Shown here: piece by piece, positions 26,301 to 38,813 of the stretch
How the letters are laid out: each line of letters starts with the position of its first letter
Numbering within the stretch: position 1 is the first letter of the stretch
Assembly: GCA_013265495.1 (NCBI GenBank)
Contig: MU057701.1
Coordinates: 868,001 to 932,000 of the forward strand
Direction: 5' to 3'
DNA length: 64,000 nt
From: Vicugna vicugna
Lineage: Eukaryota
The notes under the pieces: generated by a model
Seen by the model: the letters and a program-made list of their open reading frames with translations, nothing else
Told to the model about the DNA's origin: nothing
The model's database searches: none
Made by a program: the position numbers and the translations under genes

Positions 26301-27534
26301 TGATTCCAGGAGTGGTGACAGGTCTATGGTATTTGAGTCTGAGTAGTGCCCAGTGAGAATCCATTCCTTTCCTCTTCTCCCAAGTTGTGGGAGAATGAAG
26401 AACTTTGCTATACTCTTTGTGTGCAGTTAACAGATATGAGCTCTCAGCCTGGGAGATGTTAGATTCTACGGTCCTGTACTCACAGGGACACAAAGCTTTT
26501 TTAAAAAAACTTGGAGATAAATGGACAGACAGAGGATGTTTTTGGTGGAGAGATGGGGATAAAAAGAATTGAATCTCCTCTCATACCTTTCTAGCACCGG
26601 CCCCTCCCCCAAGTTAACAAAAGATCTCTTTATTCTTTCCGTGTAGCTGTGCGTTTAAAATGGGCTACGTCTGGGTCGGGTGTGATAAAAACAGTTCTCC
26701 CACTGGGGCTCTTACAGACAGGAGCTCCTTCGTAAGTTTTGGTTAGGTTCCCGTTTAAGGGACATATTCCCGTTCACAAAAATGTAGACTAGTCACCTTG
26801 AAGTAGAACCTCACCGGGCCTGCCCATCTCCTTGCTGGTGGGTGCATTAATGTGTCTTCCTGCCTGAAAAAAAAAGTGTGGTCTATGTCCTGTGCCTAAT
26901 GATTAATGCATAGTCAGTGTGGTCCTTCCTGCCCAGTCCTTCCCCTCACCCAAAAAGGAGCCCCGTGAGCCCCTTTCTCTGTGGTTGTAGGAAGACACAT
27001 GCTACTTGGTCCTGAGTTCTGTGTTAGTGGACCCTGTGAAGGCTGTAAAATCCTGAGTGCTAGCTAGAATTAGAAATGTTGCTTGATAAAATAAAAGTTT
27101 GGGAACTTGGTCTTTTAGGGGAAGGAAATAATGTGTCTTTTTAAAGAATACTTTTATCTTCTCATATGGAAAGATCTCCTAATGCAGTTACTCATCGATG
27201 AAAAAGTGTGTAGTTGTATTTGTAATGTAATATCCCTTTTATGTAAATACAATGTTGGTGCACGCATGAAATGTTTTAGGAATAAGTTGTAAGTGAGTAT
27301 GTTTCTTACAGAGAAGCATATGGGAATGTTTTGTTTTCACTTTTTTGTACTTTTTGATTTTTCCTATTGTGGAATTGTACATCTATTTATTTTTGTGAGT
27401 TTGGGCTATCTGGGTTGTGGGATTATAGCTGACCATTCTTTATTTTTGTCTTCTTAATTTTCAGTATGATATTTTTACCTTTGTTTATTTTTCAAGGTTA
27501 AATGTATTCTGTCTTTCTATCCATGTACTTTTAG

Positions 27535-27664
27535 GTTACACAGGATGACATCAATTGAAAGAGAGGAAAAGGAAAAAGTAAAAAAAAAAGAGAAAAAACA
27601 AGAAGAGGAAGAAACCATGCAACAAGCTACATGGGTAAAATATACGTTTCCAGTTAAACATCAG
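27535..27664 (+). CDS. BPTF: BPTF exon, 130 nt (LHRMTSIEREEKEKVKKKEKK...FPVKHQ), phase 2-0
   Basis: acttttag|GTTAC acceptor, CAG|gtaatt donor; translated by hand. Confidence 0.95.
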
Positions 27665-27705
27665 GTAATTTTATTATAATCTTTTAAATTGTGTTAGGCA
27701 TTTCT

Positions 27706-28548
27706 TGTATATGTGCGTGTGTTTTGTTTGTTTTATTGTAGTTTATAACGTATCAGTTTCTGATGTACAGCATAATAGTTCAGTCATACATATACATATA
27801 TATTTTCATTTTCATATTTTTTCTTTCTTTCTTTTTAACATTTTTTTATTGAGTAATAATCATTTTACAATGTTGTGTCAAATTCCAGTGTAGGGCACAA
27901 TTTTTCAGTTATACGTGAACATACATATATTCATCGTCACATTTTTTTTTTCGCTTTGAGCTACCACAAGATCTTATATATATTTCCCTGTGCTATACAG
28001 TATAATCTTTTTTTATCTATTCTACATTTTAAAATCCCAGTCTGTCCCTTCCCACCCCCCACCCCCTTAGCAACCACAAGTTTGTATTCTATGTCTGTGA
28101 GTCATTTTTTGTATTTCTTTTTTTTTTTTTAATTCCACATATGAGTGATCTCATATGGTATTTTTCTTTCTCTTTCTGGCTTGCTTCACTTAGAATCATA
28201 TTCTTTTTCATTATAGGTTACTACAGAATATTGAATATATTTCCCTGTGCTATACAGTAGGACTTTGTTGTTTGTCTATTTTATACATAGTGGTTAGTAT
28301 GCGCAAATCTCGAACTCCCAATTTATTCCTTCACCCACTGGTTACCATAAGTTTTGTTTTCTGTGTCTGTGAGTCTGTTCCTGTTTTGTAAATAAGTTCA
28401 TGTGTTTTTTTTTTAGATTCCACATACAAGTGAATATATATGGTATTTTTCTTATTCTTTCTGACTCAACTTCACTTAGAATGACAGTCTCCAGGTCCAT
28501 CCATATTGCTGCACGTGACATTATTTTATGTTTTATGGCTGAGTGGTA
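27706..28548 (-). mobile_element. Nested L1 3' ends: a younger copy (~27823-28195) inside an older copy
   Basis: Two parallel copies of ATATTTCCCTGTGCTATACAGTA...ATTCCACATA...CTTCACTTAGAAT; inner TSD TCATATT(T/C)TTT at ~27812 and ~28196; the right end is similar to the L1 at 31050-31190. Confidence 0.8.
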
Positions 28549-28932
28549 CATTTCTGAAACCTTGAATCTGCAACTTTGAACACTTAACAATTTTGTGTTA
28601 CTTTTGTCAGTCTTTTAATTAATATAGTTGGAATTAAGTAAATCTTTCTGGCAATTTTATAAGCATAGCTTTATCTTAGTAGAATATAAGTGGATCATTA
28701 GACCAGATTGTTGAAGTTGTTATGAAATGTAAAATTGTTTTACGTTTTTTGTATTAGAAAGGCATATTAAGGTTTTTCATAAATCTTTGATTCTTGTTGA
28801 AAATAAAGTTGATTGCTAGATTTAATTAATTTGCCTGATTGTTGATTTTATTTGGTAAAAATGTATAAAACCACATGTGCTTTATAAAACATTCTCATTC
28901 TTACTTAATCAGCATGTTTTCATTTATACCAG

Positions 28933-29071
28933 GTTTGGAAACAAAAAGGAGAGGAATACAGAGTAACAGGATATGGTGGTTGGAGTTGGATTAGTAAAAC
29001 TCACGTTTATAGATTTGTTCCTAAATTACCAGGCAATACTAATGTGAATTACAGAAGGCCGTTAGAAGGAA
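28933..29071 (+). CDS. BPTF: BPTF exon, 139 nt (VWKQKGEEYRVTGYGGWSW...RPLEG), phase 0-1
   Basis: tataccag|GTTTGG acceptor, GGAA|gtaagt donor; translated by hand. Confidence 0.95.
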
Positions 29072-30016
29072 GTAAGTAATTAAAGTTATTTTTCCTGCGT
29101 AGTTGTTTCTGATTTGTGTTATTTCTTAAAAATTTGTAGTATATTGACTACATTTTGGATAAAAGTGTTTTTCTGAAGTTCTTAATAGAATGTGCAAAAT
29201 TACTAATATAGTTTAATAATTATAAACTCTAAAAATGTTTAAATTACCTTTATTCACAGGATTTTGATACCTAGGATTTTAGCTTTAAAAAATTACAGTC
29301 TAGAGCTTATTAAAAAGAAAGAAAGGAAAAAAACCCTCAGCCACCTAATTGTTTTTGTCAGATCTTAAATTCAGTACTGCTTGACATCTTGAGGTATCAC
29401 ATCGGGTAGCCTCAGCATTGTAACACATAACAAAACCAGAAAGAAAGCGGTGAAGGCCTGCGTGACACGATTACACAAATGAGGTATTAACTCAGTTTTT
29501 GCTACTGGCTGATGATTTTATTTAGAACCACAGAACTCTCGAGGCGAACTGCCTTTTTGAGAGACCATATATTTTGAAACTCATGTTACATGAACAAATT
29601 ATGAGATGACGGTGTTAAGTGACGCACTGAAGCTCACACAGGTAGCGGGTGATAGACTCCTGGCTACAACCTGTGTCTCCTCCTTGCTCTCTACCATGTT
29701 GTCTCTCCTTTGTTTATCCAAGCGATTTTCAGAAGCAGATCTGTTCACGGTGCAGAATGATTTGCTGATTTATGGTGTGATGTGTTCTTTCCTGTGAAGC
29801 ATGTGCTACAGTGCCAAATAAGTACTATGTACTATGTGCCTAGCTAACTGATTTGGCTTCCGTGTGATTGGTTCTGGTGAAACACAGACTGGTAGATTTT
29901 TGAAACTGTTAATGTGGGAAAGTTATCATTGAGTTATCTTTTAGCAGAAAAAAATACATATTTTATAAAACTCACTGGAATTTAGTTTTTAGGAACTCAG
30001 TATCTTGCATATAGTA

Positions 30017-30106
30017 TTTTTTTTTTTTAATGGAGGTCCTGGGGATTGAACCCAGGACCTCGTGCATGCTAAGCATGTGCTCTACCACTGAGCTATACCT
30101 ACCCCG
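30017..30106 (-). mobile_element. Short tRNA-Ala-derived SINE (head plus poly-A only)
   Basis: Perfect 13-bp TSD CTTGCATATAGTA at 30004-30016 and 30107-30119; tRNA-like head followed directly by an A-tail. Confidence 0.9.
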
Positions 30107-30741
30107 CTTGCATATAGTAGATGCTTAGTAACTATTTCTACTTGCTAAATAGAAATGTTCAATATTCACTTACATTATCTGATTATATTCAAACTAAATG
30201 TCCATTATAATAAATTCCCAAAAGTTGTTATAATTCTTTATTCCCATTTTGTTGCTCCAGTTACCCATGTAGTAGTTAGAATTACAGATGGCTTTTGTTT
30301 TAATTGTTTCTGCTGGTTTGACCTATGTAGCTCAACTACACAGTAGGAATTAGAGTGAAGGTGACAGTATATTTTTATATTGTTTACATAAATCAATATG
30401 GGTTATACTGATTATAACCTCAGAACTATTAGTCCCTATAATAATGGCTAATCTAATCTGATCATTTGATAGAGGCACAGGTAAGTTGAGAAACAGAGAA
30501 ATGCAGTTCAGGGAGTAATTGACTTAGCATCACCAGACCAGAGTGTTCACTTTTTGGCTGCTGACTGTGTGTCCCTTATCTCTGACCTCTATTCTATCCC
30601 AGAGGCATTTGCTTTGCACGTTAATTTATAAGCTTCAGTAAAGGATATGTGTTAATACTCTTTATGTCAAGAAGACTGTAAATGGGGGGAAACAGACATT
30701 TTATAGTTGTCTATGGGGCTACCACAGTAATATAAAGCTCT

Positions 30742-33700
30742 CTTTTCCCCCACTTTTATTATGTAGAATTATTACCGTTCGACTAAACATACACATTATA
30801 TTGCATGTAAATACATACAAACAGTATCCTGTACTTTTTGTTTTCATATATGTACTAATGTTTCTAAGAACAGATTAGATCTTTAGCTTTTTAAACTCAC
30901 ATAGTTATCAAAGGAATAAAGCCAACTACAAAATAAAAATGAGCAGAATGCAGTAATCCAATCATAAGGACAGTCAAATGTGCTTATACATATTCAAGAA
31001 ATCAAAATAATAATTAGTTCATTTGTGTCCTTATTATTAATGTCACTGTTTTTTAGATTTTTCATATAAATGATGTCATGTGGCATTTTTCCTTTTCTTT
31101 TGTCCCATTTCACTTTGAATGACAGTCTTCTGGTCCATCCATATTGCTGCAAATGGCATTATTTTATTCTTTTTTATGGCTGAGTAGTGTCCCATTGTAT
31201 ATATGTACCACATCTTCTTTATCCAGTCATCTATTGATGGACATTTGGGTTGTTTTCATGTCTTGGCTATTGTAAATAGTACTGCTGTGAACATTGGGGT
31301 GCATGTGTCTTTTTGAATTTCACTTTTCTCTGGATATATTCCCAGGAGTGGGATTGTTGGATCACGTGTTAAGTCTGTTTTCAGTTTTCTAAACAACGTC
31401 CGTGCTGTCTTCCATAGTGGCTGCACCAGTCTACACTCCCACCAACAATTTAGGAGGGTTCCCTTTTCTCCACACCCTCTCCAGCATCTATCATTTGTAG
31501 ACTTTTCAGTGATGGCCATTCTGGCTGGTGTGAAGTGATATCTCATTGTAGTTTTGATCTGCATTTCTCTGACAATTAGCGATGCTGAGCATTGTTTAAT
31601 GTGCCCATTTGCCATTCTTGTGTCTTCATTGGAGAATTGCTTATTTAGGTCTTCTGCCCATTTTTGGATTGGGTTGCTTTTTTCTTTGACATTAATGTGT
31701 ATGAGCTGTTTGTATATTTTGGAAATTAGTCCCTTGTCAGTCACATCATTTGCAAATATTTTCTCCCATTCTGTAAGTTGTCTTTTTGTTTTGTTGGTGG
31801 ATCTTTAACTGTGCAAAAGCTTTTAAGTTTAATTAGATCCCATTTGTTGATTTTTGCTTTTAACTCCAATGCTCCAGGAGCTGGTTCAAAAAATATATTG
31901 CTGTAATGTATGTCCACAAGTGTTCTGTTTTCCTCTAGGAGTTTTATAGTATCTGATCTTACGTTTAGGTCTTTAATCCATTTTGAGTTTATTTGTGTAC
32001 AATGTTCTACTTTCAGTCTTTCACAGATAGCTGTCCAGTTTTCCCAGCACCACTTATTGAAGAGACTGTCTTTTCTCCATTGTATATTCTTGCTTCTTTT
32101 GTCATAGATTAATTGACCATACTTGCGTGGGTTTATTTCTGGACTTTCTGTCCTGTTCCATTGATCTATGTGTCTGTTTTTGTGCCAGTACCATACTGTT
32201 TTGATTACTGTAGCTTTGCAGTATAGTCTGAAATCAGGGAGTGTGATTCCCCCAGCTCCATTCATTTTCAAGATTGTTTTGGCTATTCGAGGTCTTTTGT
32301 GTTTCCATACAAATTTTACCATTTTTTGTTCCACCTCGGTGAAGAATGTCGTTGGTAACTTGATAGGGATTGCATTGAATCTGTAAATTGCCTTGGTTAG
32401 TATGGCCATTTCAACAATATTGATTCTTCCGATCCAAGAACACATTATATCTTTCCATTTGTTTATGTCGTCTTCAATGTCCTTCATCAATGTCTTAACA
32501 GTTTTCGGCATACAGGTCTTTTGCCTCCTTGAGTAGGTTTATTCCCGGGTATTTTATTCTTTTTGGCATGATGGTAAATGGCATCGTTTCCTTAATTTCC
32601 CTTTCTGCTTTTCATTGTTAGTGTATAGAAATGCAGCTGATTTCTGTATATTTATTTTGTACCCTGCAACTTTACCATATTCGTTGATGAGTTCTAGAAG
32701 TTTTCTGGTTGCTTCTTTAGGGTTTTCTTTGTATAGTATCATGTCATCTGCAAACAGTGACAGTTTTACTTTTTTGTTTCCAATTTGAATTCCTTTTATT
32801 TCTTTTTCTTCTCTGATTGCTGTGGCTAAGACTTCCAGAACTAATTGAATAAAAATGGTGAGAGTGGGCATCCTTGTCTTGTTCCTGATCTTAGAGGGGA
32901 TGCTTTCAGCTTTTCCCCATTAAGTATGATGTTAGCTGTAGGTTTGTCATATATAGCCTTTATTATGTTGAGGTATGTTCTGTCTATGCCCATTTTCTGG
33001 AGAGTTTTAATCATAAGTGGGTATTGAATTTTATCAAAAGCTTTTTCTGCATCTGTTGAGAGTATCATGGTTTTTATTCTTTAATTTGTTAATGTGGTGT
33101 ATCACATTGATTGATTTCCATATATTGAAAAATCCCTGCATCCCTGGGATAAATCCGACTTGATCGTGTTGTATGATCCTTTTAATGCAGTGTTGGAGTC
33201 AATTTGCTAGTATTTTGTTGCGGATTTCTGCATCTATATTCATAAGTGATATTGGCCTATAATTTTCTTTTTTTGTGATATCCTTGTCTGGTTTTGGTAT
33301 TAGGGTGATTATGGCCTCATAGAATGCTTTTGGAAGTACTCCATCCTCTGCAATTTTTTGGAATAGAAGGATAGATGTTAACTCTTCTCTAAATGTTTGG
33401 TAGAATTCACCTGTGAAGCCATCTCGTCCTGGACTTTTGTTTGTTGGAAGGTTTTTAATTACGAATTCAGTTTCAGTGCTGGTAATTGGTCTATTCATAT
33501 TGTCTGTTTCTTCCTAGTTTAGTTTTGGCAGATTGTACCTTTCTAAGAAATTGTCCATTTCTTCTGTGTTGTCATTTTTGTTGGCGTATAGTTGACCACA
33601 GTAGCCTCCTATGATACCTTGTATTTCTGTGGTGTCAGTTGTAACTTCTTTTTCATTTCTGATTTTGTTAATTGGGGCCCTCTCCCTTTTTTTCTTGATG

Positions 33701-34074
33701 AGTCTGACTGAAGGATTATCAATTTTGTTTATCTTTTCAGAGAACCAGCTTTTAGTTTCATTGATCTTTTCTATTGTTTTTTTAGTCTCTATTTCATTTA
33801 TTTCTGCTCTCATCTTTATGATTTCTTTTCTTCTACTAACTTTGGGATTTGTTTGTTCTTCTTTCTCCAGCTGCCTTAGATGGAAGGTTAGGTTATTGAG
33901 ATTTTTCTTGTTTCCTGAAGTATGCTTGTGTCACTATAAACTTCCCTCTGAGAACTGCTTTTGCTGTGTCCCAGAGGTTTTGAATTGTTGTGTTTTCATT
34001 TTCATTTGTATTTTTGAAAGTATTTTTTGAAAATATTTTTGGAAGTATTTTTTTATTTCCTCTTTGATTGCTTC
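30742..34074 (-). mobile_element. 5'-truncated LINE-1 with a frameshifted ORF2 remnant (RT and C-terminal regions) plus 3' UTR
   Basis: Minus-strand ORF pieces contain L1 ORF2 motifs ([56 protein letters not shown]); candidate TSD AAAGCTCT at 30734-30741 and 34075-34082. Confidence 0.95.
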
Positions 34075-35299
34075 AAAGCTCTTTTTGAGCAACTTGAAAC
34101 CATGAGAAAAATATTGCCCAGTTCTGAAATAACTATAAAGCGTCCAATAAGGAGAGCATCAGTTTAGGGTTTTTTTATCCTTTTTGTTACCTGTGATCCT
34201 TTCTTCTCTCACCAGTATCCTGTTATCTTGAACAGATATGAGTGTGTTTTTTGCGTTCTTCCCTTCCCTCAGCCAAACCTTTCTGGAAGGAATCATTCAT
34301 TTAAATAAGAAATAAGTATACCTTGCTATATTTGGGTTCAAAGAAGAAAATGAAAAGTAGGAAATGCCACTAAGCCCCAGGAAGATTCATCTAGACAACA
34401 GTTCTATTTTGTGGGTTTGATTTTTTTTTTCTTGTGGAAAATTTGAAGCTACACTAAAAGTAAAAGAGAATAGAATAATGAACTACCATGTAATCAGGAT
34501 TCATCTTCAACAGTCATCAGATTCCATCACTTTTCTTTCGATTGTCTCTGCCCACTTTTTTTCCTGGGCTTTTTTCCCCCTGAACTTAAAGCAAATCCCT
34601 GAAATCATGTTACTTACCAAAAGTAGTTCAGTATATATCTCTGTCTGAAGTGGACATTTTTTTCCATAACCATCATACCATTATCACATTCAACAAAGTT
34701 GACAACATTTAACATATTAGTCATCTAATTCTCAGTCCATATTCCATTTACCCCAGTTGTCTCAGAGATGCCTTTTTGCTGTTGGGAGTAAATCAGGTCC
34801 AAACAAGCCTACATATTGCATTTGGTTATTTTCTTTATTCTGTGATACAGACTTAAGTGTTCTTAACTTGGAGTTCATAGATAAATTCAAGGCTATCCAA
34901 GAATCCATTGACATTTTTCTTATTATTAAAGTTTGTGTGTGTACTTTTTTTTTGGGTTAGGGGATCATAGTGTTTATCCAATTGTGATATGGTTCTGTAA
35001 TACAAAATACGTTGGAAACCACTGATGCAGACTTTCTGAAGCCAAAGAACAGTTTGAAATAGTCTCATATGTGAACGTTTCTGAAGTATATCTAAAATGT
35101 AGTCATTCCTTCTGTGCTTTAGGTCAGCTGAGCATATAAGAAAACATGTAGTATCCTCAATTTGTGCTTTTTGTTTTTTTAAATAAAAAATAGAGTATAA
35201 ATTGTTGTAATATGCTTGATAATTTCCACTGAACTAGAGGTATTAAAGTAAGTTGCTACTGTTTTACATAGTTGTAATTACTATATACTTGTTTTTTAG

Positions 35300-35479
35300 C
35301 TAAAAATAATATGGATGAAAATATGGATGAATCAGATAGACGAAAAAGTCCACGAAGTCCAAAAAAAATAAAAACAGAGCCTGATTCTGAGAAAGGCGAG
35401 GTAAAAGATTCAGATGCTGCGAAAGGAGCAGACCAAAGTGAAATGGACATTTCAAAGATTACTGAGAAAAAGGACCAAG
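35300..35479 (+). CDS. BPTF: BPTF exon, 180 nt (TKNNMDENMD...EKKDQ), phase 1-1
   Basis: gttttttag|CTAAA acceptor, CAAG|gtaagg donor; overlaps ORF 35311..35538. Confidence 0.94.
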
Positions 35480-35574
35480 GTAAGGAGAGTCAAGGGTCGA
35501 GGGAGCCTGGGGGTGATATGCGAATTCACTGGATCTAGTTCACACGAGAGGAGAGGTACTGCATTGTCTCTTTG

Positions 35575-36135
35575 ATAACAGCTCTTTTGGATCATAATTC
35601 ATATGCCATATAATTCATCACTTAAAGTGTACAATTCAGTGGTTTTTAGTATATTCACAGAGTTGTTCAACCATCACCACATTCCATTTTAGGAAATTTT
35701 CATCCCTGGAAAAGAAACCTCATACCCACTAGCTGTCAGTCCCCAGTCGTCCCTAAATCCCAGTCTGCCTTCTGTCTCTATGGATTTGGGTATTTGGACA
35801 TTCCCTGTAAATGGAAGCATGTAGTATGTGGTCCTTTGTGTCTGGCTTCTTTCACTTGCATGTTTTCAAAGTTCCTCCGTGGTGTAGCATGTATCAAGAC
35901 CTCATTCCTTTTTATTTACAAATAACATTCCATATGTCACATTTTGTTCATCTGTTCATCAGTTGATGGACCTTTGCGTTTTCTTTTTGGCTATTAAGAA
36001 TAATATGCTGATATAAACATTTGTCTACAAGTTCTTGTGTGGACATATGTTTTCACTTCCCTTGGTAAATATGTAGGGGTTGAATTGATGGATCAAGAGA
36101 TAATTTTATGTTCAGCCTTTTGAGGAACTTCCATT
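35575..36135 (-). mobile_element. L1MB-type 3' end
   Basis: TTAAAGTGTACAATTCAGTGGTTTTTAGTATATTCACAGAGTTG...TCAGTTGATGGAC matches the L1MB 3' UTR pattern. Confidence 0.75.
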
Positions 36136-36502
36136 GTGTTTTGTGAAAAATTGTTTATAACCATAAAATACTCTGCAAAATCTTACGTGAAAGTATTGGT
36201 ATATACAGTAGCTATCACAGACTACATAATTTTTCATTGTGGCATTCCATCAGTTTTAGATACTAGAAATCAGAATATTAAAATATTTGGAATGTGTGTG
36301 TTTTTTAACCTTTCATAAAATTTAGCCTGTTCCATTGACCTATTTTAATCATATCAGGAACTTTTAAGCATATAGAGATTTATAGTTAAGATCTGTGTAA
36401 AAGTGAGAAAAACTGGTATTTTTTAAAATAAAAATATTAACATGAATTCCACATTTCATGCAATCTAAAAATTGCATTTATATAAATGTCTTTGTTTCAC
36501 AG

Positions 36503-38813
36503 ATGTGAAAGAAGTTTTAGATTCTGACCATGATAAATCCTTTAAGGAAGAACCGATGGAAATCGATGATGATGTGAAAACAGAGTCACATATAAATTGT
36601 CAGGAAAGTTCTCAAGTAGATGTGGTCAATGTCAGTGAGGGTTTTCATCTAAGGACTAGTTATAAAAAGAAAATCAAATCATCCAAACTAGATGGACTTC
36701 TTGAAAGAAGAATTAAGCAGTTTACACTGGAAGAAAAACAACGCCATGAAAAAATGAAATTGGAGGGTGGAATTAAGGGTATAGGAAAGACTTGCACAAG
36801 TTCTTTGAAAAGTCTGTCTGAGTCACCAGTAACAACAAAAGTAAAAGAAGAGTGTCAAAGTGACTTGCTTAGACAAGAAGAAAGCTCTAATGCAAGTAAC
36901 GATAAATCTGAAGACTTGATCCGAGGATGTTCACAGAGTGATTCCTCAGTTCTTGGAATCAGTGATCCTGCTTATACAACAAATAAACCTTATTCAAAAG
37001 ATCAAATGTTAGATGATGTCTCCATTCAGAGCCCAGAGACAAACTGTCAGAAACAAAATTCTGTTCGAAATGACATAGAAGAGAGTCTCTCTGAACCTGC
37101 CAGTAAAGGCCAGGAGCCCAGTAAGGTAAAAGCAAAAGGAAGTGATTTTCTCATTGATGACTCTAAACTGGTCAGTGCAGATGAAATTGGTACTTTGATC
37201 TATAAAAACAAAAAACCACTCATACAGGAGGATAACGACACCATTGTCTCTCCTTCCCAGAGCCCTTTATTTCCATCAGTACCTAAAAGTACGGATGATA
37301 GAGAGATCCCATCTCTGTCCAAAGCAATAGACTTTGAAGGAAAACTGGGATGTGACTCTGAATATAATAGCACTTTGGAAAATAGTTCTGATACTATGTC
37401 TATTCAAGACAGCAGTGAAGAAGATATGATTGTTCAGAGTAGCAATGAAAGTATTTCTGAACAGTTAATAACTCAAGAACCAGGTATTGAAGGCTTAGAA
37501 CCATTGAAGCGTGAGTTTGTTTCAGATAAGTCCACTGGAAACTGTGACAGCAGGCTGCAGGGCAAGGTAAATGAAGCAAATGGTAAAAAACCAAGTCAAG
37601 ATCAGAAATTAGAGGAGAGACCAGTGAATAAATGTGTCGATCAAATAAATCTGAAAAGTGTTGCTGACAAAAAGAATAATGAAAACCGGGAGTCTGAAAA
37701 GAAAGGCCAGAAAGCAAGTACCTTTCAAATAAATGGAAAAGATAATAAGCCTAAAGTATATTTGAAAGGTGAATGCTTGAAAGAAATCTCTGAGAGTAAA
37801 GTAGGAAGTGGTGACGTTGAACCAAAAGTTAATAATATAAATAAAATAATTCCCGAAAAGGATATTAAGTCTTTGACTGTGAAAGAATCTTCTGTAAAGC
37901 CATTCATGAATGGTGATGTCATCATGGAAGATTTTAATGAAAAAAACAACTTGGAAACAAAATCACGTTCACTGAGATCTTCAGATGCTGACGGCAACTA
38001 CACGGATACCCTAGAGACGCTGCCATCAGCCAAAGAGTGTGAAAGTGCACAAGCTGCCATGCCTCTGCCGTCTTGTCCAGAAAGCAGCTCAGTCAGTCAG
38101 GTAGAAGATATGGAAATTGAAACGTCCGAAGTTAAGAAAGTTACTCCATCACCTATTATTACTTCTGGAGAGGAATCTAACCTCAGTACTGACTTTATTG
38201 ATGAAAATGGCCTGCCCACCAAAGATGAAAATGTCAATGGAGAGTCCAAAAGAAAAACAGTCATCACAGAAGTCACCACCATGACATCCACAGTGGCCAC
38301 AGAATCAAAGACCGTAATTAAGGTAGCAAAAGGCGATAAGCAGACTGTGGTCTCTTCCACAGAAAATTCTGCCACGTCCACTGTCACAACCACCACTACC
38401 ACGGTAACGAAGCTCTCCACACCCTGCACAGGCAGCAGTGTGGACATCATCTCTGTGAAGGAGCAGAGCAAAACTGTGGTCACCACAACAGTGACAGACT
38501 CGCTGACCACTGCAGGAGGCACTCTGGTAACATCGATGACTGTGAGCAAAGAATATTCTACAAGAGACAAAGTGAAACTCATGAAATTTTCAAGACCCAA
38601 GAAGACTCGCTCGGGTACAGCTCTGCCGTCATACAGAAAGTTTATCACCAAGAGCAGCAAGAAGAGCATTTTTGTCTTGCCTAATGATGACTTAAAAAAG
38701 TTGGCCAGGAAAGGAGGAATCCGAGAAGTCCCTTATTTTAATTACAATGCAAAGCCTGCCTTGGATATATGGCCTTATCCTTCTCCTAGACCAACCTTTG
38801 GTATCACTTGGAG
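36503..38813 (+). CDS. BPTF: BPTF giant internal exon, 2311 nt (DVKEVLDSD...PTFGITWR), phase 1-2
   Basis: tttgtttcacag|ATGTG acceptor, TGGAG|gtatgt donor; inside the 784-aa ORF 36472..38826. Confidence 0.97.

Noticed and set aside
30030..30106. Possible functional tRNA-Ala(AGC) gene (also at 16463, 23342, 52781, 54029)
   Set aside because: Poly-A tails, TSDs, disrupted acceptor stems and multiple diverged copies show these are SINE retrocopies
31256..33813. Active reverse transcriptase gene
   Set aside because: ORF2 is broken into several frames, 5'-truncated, and lacks ORF1 and a promoter
38097..38669. 190-aa antisense ORF (also 37400-37997, 60460-60990, 61020-61370)
   Set aside because: Shadow frames of BPTF low-complexity exons, with no independent gene signals
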